A DNA stretch of 11,390 bases from Polyangiaceae bacterium (GTDB lineage: Bacteria; Myxococcota_A; Polyangia; Polyangiales; Polyangiaceae): NCBI GenBank assembly GCA_044376115.1, contig JBILLK010000061.1, forward strand, positions 1 to 11,390, given 5' to 3'. A program made the translations under genes and the position numbers. Of the stretch, positions 6,857 to 11,390 are shown in pieces. The notes below the pieces were generated by a model. That model searched no databases. It was not told where the DNA came from and saw nothing but the letters and a program-made list of their open reading frames with translations. How positions within the stretch are numbered: the stretch's first letter is position 1; every line of letters begins with the position of its first letter.

Positions 6857-8725
6857 TCAAGGGTTTTGGTCGGCGGGGGTTGATTCAGAAACCACTCGGG
6901 CGGCCACGAGACTGCGCAATGCGTGGCCACAACTTTCCTGGTGGTCTTGTATTGGGTGGACCTCCGCAATCACTCTTACTCGAAAGCGGCTAACCAGCGG
7001 CAGGTCCTTTGATAGACTATCCGATAGATAAATAGGAACGTCCTCTCCGGCTAGCTCCAGATAGCCACGCAGATGGCTCCCCCCGAAGACTTCACGTTTC
7101 GCGTAGGCACGCTTCTCAAGTAACTGTCGGCGAACGTTGTTGGAGACAAAGGCCGTGGGAAAACTGCGCATCGTTTTCGCCCAGGTCTCCTCCAATTGGA
7201 CAATTATCTGACGGACGAATTGAGGCGACCCTGCCAAAGGGAGCTTGAGAAGTTCTTTGGCGTAGTCGACAAGGTCTTTCAGCTTCTTGTCCTGAACGTT
7301 TAAAACATCCAACAATTCGGCTGTCGCTCGCAGCTCCTCAAGGTCCTGAAACGGGAGCCGCAGCATGCCTTCAACGAGCAAGAGCGGCGTCGCTGGGCCG
7401 ACGCTGGGGGCACGGCTTGCCTCTCGAGTGCTCGACGACGCGGGCGCGGTTTGAAGAATGTTGAGTAGGTGACTACGCTTTTGCCGATCGTCGCTCTCTA
7501 AGTCGATAGGCGGTGGAGGCTCGGGCGGTTGGCCGCGTTTGGGTTTGGCCGGTTCGACCGGGGCGGGTTTGGGTGGCGCGAATGGTACCCAAAGCGGCCA
7601 AAGACAGATCTCGTTAATCTCGGCAGGGACAGGCCCAATGACCCTTACTGGGATCTCCTCGCCGCTTTCCTCGGCAGTCGTGCTCTGAGCTGGGGCAGGC
7701 TGCGCGCTGAGGGCGGCATCGGAAGACGCCGCAGCTCCCTCGGGTGCGGCAATATGAGCGAGTGGGATGCGGGCGGGTTCCTGTGGCGCGTCCAATAGGT
7801 AGGTAGGTAAACGCGACGCGCTCGTCTCTTGTTGGTAGGGGGATGCGGCCATTTGCACGGGCTGAACAACGTGCGTAGCAACTGCTCCCGCGAACGTTGG
7901 CACCCTGCGAGGAATTGCGTCGGTCGAGGGGTACTGGGGCGGCTGTGAGGTAGCCATACTCGGCGCCACGGGTGGGGGTGGGGGTGGACCGGGCTGAGAT
8001 GGGAAGGCGCTCGGCTGGCCGTGAAATGGCAAAGCCGTTCGTTCGTTGTGCGAAGGAGTTTCTGCACGCTCGAGTTGGATTTCCATCGTATGTTGGTCGG
8101 CTCGGTCGTCATTCTCTGGCGAAGAGTCCTCCAGCTCTACCTGGATGTCCCCATGCTCGAGCGGTCCCAGCCAACCCGTCCAGGTAAGGGTTGCCACCAA
8201 TTGGTCGGTATTTATCCAAAACAGTTTGGGGGTCAGCGGTATGCGCCGCCGTATGAGCAGTGCGCTTGGAGCTATCGCTGGTAGGCGCGACGCAAAGTAG
8301 CGAGTATTGCTAGTAAGTCCTTCGATTGACAGCGACGAACCAAGCGAAAGCTTGGCCAACTCGGCTCGCAATCGCAGGGTCTCGCCTAGCGCCCCTTCAC
8401 GCACCTCGGCCTCGAGTTCGGCGCCGCAGGCGGTAACCCGCACACGTGCTACGCCGCCATACCGGTTCAAACCGTTAAAGTGTCCGGTCACATGCACAAC
8501 AGCAGGCTCTGCAGTACCAATAACATCTCGCGGACGGATCACTCGCCCACCCTCGAGTAAGTCCGCCGGACAGATGGGCTGCGGAGCACTTTGCTCGAGC
8601 GCGAGGGTGCCAGGCGTGAGGGCGAAGGTACCTTTGACAACAAGCAGCCGACTGCGATCCGGTCCGCCAAACGAACCGACTCTTAGCGGGCCGACGGACC
8701 ACAGCAAAGGATTCTTGTCAGTCAT
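6857..8725 (-). CDS. Protein with a shortened DUF2169-like N-terminus, Pro-rich linker and conserved C-terminal domain (paralogue A, 622 aa)
   Basis: LLVVKGTFALTPG...PQPICPAD...GRVIRPRDV...VHVTGH, LSIEGL...FASRLP and FWINTDQLVATLTWTG are DUF2169-like. The linker contains ALPF and PPPPPP. Shine-Dalgarno GGGGAG lies 5 nt before the ATG. Confidence 0.85.
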   Translation of the reverse strand: MTDKNPLLWSVGPLRVGSFGGPDRSRLLVVKGTFALTPGTLALEQSAPQPICPADLLEGGRVIRPRDVIGTAEPAVVHVTGHFNGLNRYGGVARVRVTACGAELEAEVREGALGETLRLRAELAKLSLGSSLSIEGLTSNTRYFASRLPAIAPSALLIRRRIPLTPKLFWINTDQLVATLTWTGWLGPLEHGDIQVELEDSSPENDDRADQHTMEIQLERAETPSHNERTALPFHGQPSAFPSQPGPPPPPPVAPSMATSQPPQYPSTDAIPRRVPTFAGAVATHVVQPVQMAASPYQQETSASRLPTYLLDAPQEPARIPLAHIAAPEGAAASSDAALSAQPAPAQSTTAEESGEEIPVRVIGPVPAEINEICLWPLWVPFAPPKPAPVEPAKPKRGQPPEPPPPIDLESDDRQKRSHLLNILQTAPASSSTREASRAPSVGPATPLLLVEGMLRLPFQDLEELRATAELLDVLNVQDKKLKDLVDYAKELLKLPLAGSPQFVRQIIVQLEETWAKTMRSFPTAFVSNNVRRQLLEKRAYAKREVFGGSHLRGYLELAGEDVPIYLSDSLSKDLPLVSRFRVRVIAEVHPIQDHQESCGHALRSLVAARVVSESTPADQNP

Positions 8726-8758
8726 CCAATCTCCCCGAGCAACATCAATGCCATCGGC

Positions 8759-9982
8759 TTAGCGCGACGCCGCAACCACCAGCAACCCAATGAGGACCGT
8801 CACGACAACGCCTAGCGTTAGTGCCGCGACGGTGGCCATCCGGTTCAACTCCTTCGCTTGAAGCAAAGCGGCGGACGGTTCACTAGTCGGCAGATTCGTC
8901 TCGTGCAGCGCCGGGGCCTCGTCGTGCAGGCTTCGTCGAGGAGGTTCCCCGAACGTTGGCGCCGACAGGGTGGGTCCAGCGTTGCGCCTGCGCTCCTCCG
9001 ACCTGGTTTGGTTCGTCGCGTCAATTGGCGCGGGGAGCACGAGAGTCGCTTGCGGTTGCAGCGGCGGCGAGGTGCTGAGTCGTATCTCGGTAGTCTTCGC
9101 GTCCTCCGGCTCGGACCGTTCAGGCTGCGCAAGCCCGCGCAGATCATCCTCGAGCGCGCGCGCAGTGGGCTGCCGATCAGACGGCTTTTTCGCTAAGGTC
9201 TTGAGCAATATCCGCTCGAGTGCAGGGGAAACATCCATGAACTCACTCGGCGGTCGAGGCGCTTCGTTCACGTGCCGCATTACAACTTGAAGGGCGGGGC
9301 CCCCATGAAACGGGGGCTTGCCTGTAAGCAACTCGTAAAGCAGAACCCCTGTGGCGTAGATATCGTGCCGATGGTCGATCGGCTCAGCGCCACCCTGTTC
9401 CGGAGAAACGTAGGCCGGAGTGCCGAGTATGGTCCCAGCTTTCGTGAGTCGCGTGTTGCCCGTCGTCTCCGAGTTGTTTGCCTGAGGCTCGACGCGCGCA
9501 ATACCGAAGTCGACCACCTTGACGCGCACTTCGGGCCCCGAATGGCGCTCGATCATGATGTTCTCTGGCTTCAGGTCACGATGGATCACACCGCGCTCGT
9601 GAGCGTGCCCGAGAGCCGAGACGACCTGAAGAATGATCTCCAACGCTTTGGGCTCGGCTACGCGGCCCTCGCGGCGCAACAGCGCAGCAAGGTTCTCGCC
9701 GTCGACTAGTTCCATCACGAAGTAGTGCTGACCGTCTTGCTCCCCCGCGCCGATCGTCCGGACAATATGAGGGTGGTCGAATCTCCGAACGGCTTCAATT
9801 TCCCTGCGGAAGCGTCGGATGAAGATCGGGTCGCCGCTGAGGGAGGGCAGAAGCACCTTGACGGCTACGAGGTTCGGCGAGTCCGATTGCGTCGCGACGT
9901 AGATGCTCGCCATTCCGCCACTTCGGAGCAAAGACTCGATGGCGTAGCGCCCTTCGAGAATCTTTCCCACCATCGAACCCAT
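8759..9982 (-). CDS. Membrane-anchored Hanks-type Ser/Thr protein kinase, catalytic residues intact (~407 aa; start probably ATG 9982 or 9973)
   Basis: LEGRY, SGGMASIY, VAVKVL, RFRRE, HPHIV, VMELVDG, HRDLKPEN, DFGIAR, GTPAYVSPEQ, DIYATGVLLYELLTGKPPF; Pro/Thr-rich linker; C-terminal transmembrane segment VAALTLGVVVTVLIGLLVVAA. Confidence 0.96.
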   Translation of the reverse strand: MGSMVGKILEGRYAIESLLRSGGMASIYVATQSDSPNLVAVKVLLPSLSGDPIFIRRFRREIEAVRRFDHPHIVRTIGAGEQDGQHYFVMELVDGENLAALLRREGRVAEPKALEIILQVVSALGHAHERGVIHRDLKPENIMIERHSGPEVRVKVVDFGIARVEPQANNSETTGNTRLTKAGTILGTPAYVSPEQGGAEPIDHRHDIYATGVLLYELLTGKPPFHGGPALQVVMRHVNEAPRPPSEFMDVSPALERILLKTLAKKPSDRQPTARALEDDLRGLAQPERSEPEDAKTTEIRLSTSPPLQPQATLVLPAPIDATNQTRSEERRRNAGPTLSAPTFGEPPRRSLHDEAPALHETNLPTSEPSAALLQAKELNRMATVAALTLGVVVTVLIGLLVVAASR

Positions 9983-10016
9983 TGCGATACGCAGCCTACA
10001 CCGGACCTCAGCAATG
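9980..10016. promoter_or_regulatory. Compact divergent control region with possible overlapping bidirectional -10 elements
   Basis: There are 31 nt between the two ATGs, and both ATGs lie in GCAATG (inverted repeat CATTGC...GCAATG). TAGGCT (-, 9998-9993) and TACACC (+, 9997-10002) share a central TA. No Shine-Dalgarno precedes ATG 9982 or ATG 10014. Confidence 0.4.
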
Positions 10017-11390
10017 AAACACAACGAGCTTATTGGACGAATGCTCGGTGGGCGTTATCAAGTCGCCGCGTTCATCCATCAACTCGGTATGTCCAGCGTG
10101 TACTGCTGCTCTCAAGTGGACGAGTCCACTCATGTCGCCGCACGGATATTCCATCCGACCCTAAGTTCGAACCCTAAGCTGGTCGAACGATTTCTTCGGC
10201 GGAACCAGAGCGTTGCAGAGCTTATCCATCCGAACATCATTCGAACGCTCGGCGCTGGCTCAGAGGATGGCCTTCTCTACATCGTGACGGAGCTAGTCTT
10301 GGGTGAGGACCTTCTTACGCCTATCCGTGTTGGCGGAGGGGTGCCGGAACGAGACGCAGCTAGGATCGTAGCCGAGGTTTGTCACGCCCTGGGTTACGCA
10401 CACGAGCGCGGGATAATCCACGGAGGCCTAGCACCGGAGAGCGTCACGGTGATCCGCAGTCGACATGACCCGCTTCGTTCTCAGGTGAAGGTTGGAGGTT
10501 TTGGGCTGGCTCAGGTCTTCGACCTGGTCGATGACGACGCTCTTTCATCGAGCGACGAAACGAACCTACGCAGTGGTCTGACAAGAGTGGGCAAGGTTGT
10601 TGGAAGCCCGGCCTACATGTCGCCCGAACAAGGGCGTGCCGAGGTCATTGATTGGCCGCATGACCTCTATTCAGCTGGCGTGCTGCTGTTCGAGCTGCTC
10701 ACCGGGAGCCAACCGTTTGTTGGGAAGACCGCAATGCAAACGCTTGGAATGCACGTCAACGATCCTGCTCCAGCCTTGAGTTCATTGCTTCCGGTCCACC
10801 CCGACCTCGAGAAGATCGTCGCAAAGGCACTGGCGAAGACACCTGGCGAAAGATTCGCCTCTGCCAAACACATGGCGCAAGCTCTCGAAGCGATTGGCTC
10901 GGAACTGTCAATGCTTCCGCGCGGAGAGCGCTTTCGACTAACTCAAACGATAGCTCTTGGCTCGGCGGCTGTAGCCACGGTGCCGGTAATACCTGCAGAG
11001 CCGCTCGAGGATGGTCCAACTCGGCAAGCCTCCAATGCGGTGGCGCCGCGGCCGCCGCGCGCGCTCAGCGCGCCCGGACGCAACTCCACACTGCGGCATG
11101 ATCCGAGCACACCGCCGGTCGATCCAGCTTGGCCATTCCAGCATTTACCCGCGCAAAAAGCGGAGGTCTCACCGCCGCATTTACCCGCGCCCAAAGCGGA
11201 GGTCGTAGCGCCGCAGATCGCAAACACACCGGTCCTCCCCAATCGCGCACTGACGCTGCCGAGTCCGCAGGAGTCGACTGCGGATTCGGCTGAGTTAGCC
11301 AGGTTGAAGGCGGCGTTCCAAAGTCTTCAGCGAATACTGGCGCTGCTCTTGTTGATAGCAACCGTCGCCGTGGCGGGATTTGCGGTGGCC
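10014..11390 (+). CDS. Ser/Thr pseudokinase with Pro-rich linker and C-terminal transmembrane helix (>459 aa, runs off the window; not in the ORF track)
   Basis: Manual translation is stop-free for 459 codons: MKHNELIGRMLGGRYQVAAFIHQLGMSSVY...HVAARIF...RFLRRN...HPNIIRTLGAG...IVTELVLG...AHERGIIHGGLAPES...VKVGGFGLAQ...LTRVGKVVGSPAYMSPEQ...HDLYSAGVLLFELLTGSQPF...KALAKTPGERF...RILALLLLIATVAVAGFAVA. Confidence 0.95.
   Translation, partial: MKHNELIGRMLGGRYQVAAFIHQLGMSSVYCCSQVDESTHVAARIFHPTLSSNPKLVERFLRRNQSVAELIHPNIIRTLGAGSEDGLLYIVTELVLGEDLLTPIRVGGGVPERDAARIVAEVCHALGYAHERGIIHGGLAPESVTVIRSRHDPLRSQVKVGGFGLAQVFDLVDDDALSSSDETNLRSGLTRVGKVVGSPAYMSPEQGRAEVIDWPHDLYSAGVLLFELLTGSQPFVGKTAMQTLGMHVNDPAPALSSLLPVHPDLEKIVAKALAKTPGERFASAKHMAQALEAIGSELSMLPRGERFRLTQTIALGSAAVATVPVIPAEPLEDGPTRQASNAVAPRPPRALSAPGRNSTLRHDPSTPPVDPAWPFQHLPAQKAEVSPPHLPAPKAEVVAPQIANTPVLPNRALTLPSPQESTADSAELARLKAAFQSLQRILALLLLIATVAVAGFAVA
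11141..11212 (+). repeat. 36-bp in-frame tandem duplication in the pseudokinase linker
   Basis: gcatttacccgcgcaaaaagcggaggtctcaccgcc versus gcatttacccgcgcccaaagcggaggtcgtagcgcc (31/36 identical), encoding HLPAQKAEVSPP and HLPAPKAEVVAP. Confidence 0.9.

Noticed and set aside
6856..6969. Upstream start (6969) for paralogue B
   Set aside because: It would overlap paralogue A by 113 nt; ATG 6855 follows A's stop by 1 nt and aligns with A's N-terminus.
7970..7993. G-tract run GGGTGGGGGTGGGGGTGG...GGG as a G-quadruplex element
   Set aside because: Fully explained by alternating CCA/CCC codons of the poly-Pro tract in paralogue A.
9900..9935. Altered Gly loop (LRSGGMA) as evidence that the minus-strand kinase is also inactive
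   Set aside because: The central Gly, beta3 Lys, alphaC Glu, HRDLKPEN and DFG are intact, and substitutions at the first and third Gly are commonly tolerated.
9983..10024. Kinase start at 10024
   Set aside because: It would overlap the divergent pseudokinase start at 10014; ATG 9982 or 9973 matches the usual position before the GRY motif.
11141..11212. 36-bp repeat as a CRISPR repeat
   Set aside because: Only two adjacent copies with no spacer, in frame within a coding region, and no cas genes are present.
10597..11361. Short ORFs listed in the track over 10597-11361
   Set aside because: All are alternative-frame or antisense overlaps of the continuous pseudokinase frame starting at 10014.

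Overview
GC-rich bacterial window, most consistent with a myxobacterium (Polyangiaceae/Sorangiineae-like; inferred from gene content: membrane-anchored Hanks kinases, a Gly/Cys-rich lipoprotein and DUF2169-like proteins with Pro-rich linkers). From left to right: the 3' end of a probable IS110-family transposase; a cytochrome P450 (-); a divergent 4xCBS-domain gene (+) with a sigma54-like promoter and a cluster of palindromes upstream; a Cys-rich lipoprotein (-); and a collapsed metal-efflux operon in which a BlaI/MecI/CopY repressor, still preceded by an intact operator, is fused out of frame to the last ~40% of a CzcA/CusA RND pump. The right half is a four-gene module. An apparently active Ser/Thr kinase (-) heads an operon of two paralogous proteins, each with an internally shortened DUF2169-like domain and a shared uncharacterised C-terminal domain. 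A paralogous pseudokinase (+, 10014 to >11390, absent from the ORF track because it runs off the window) sits head-to-head with the kinase, 31 bp away, and has lost every catalytic motif. This kinase/pseudokinase plus mini-DUF2169 module is the best candidate for an undescribed system. All family assignments come from motif recognition by eye; no searches were run.
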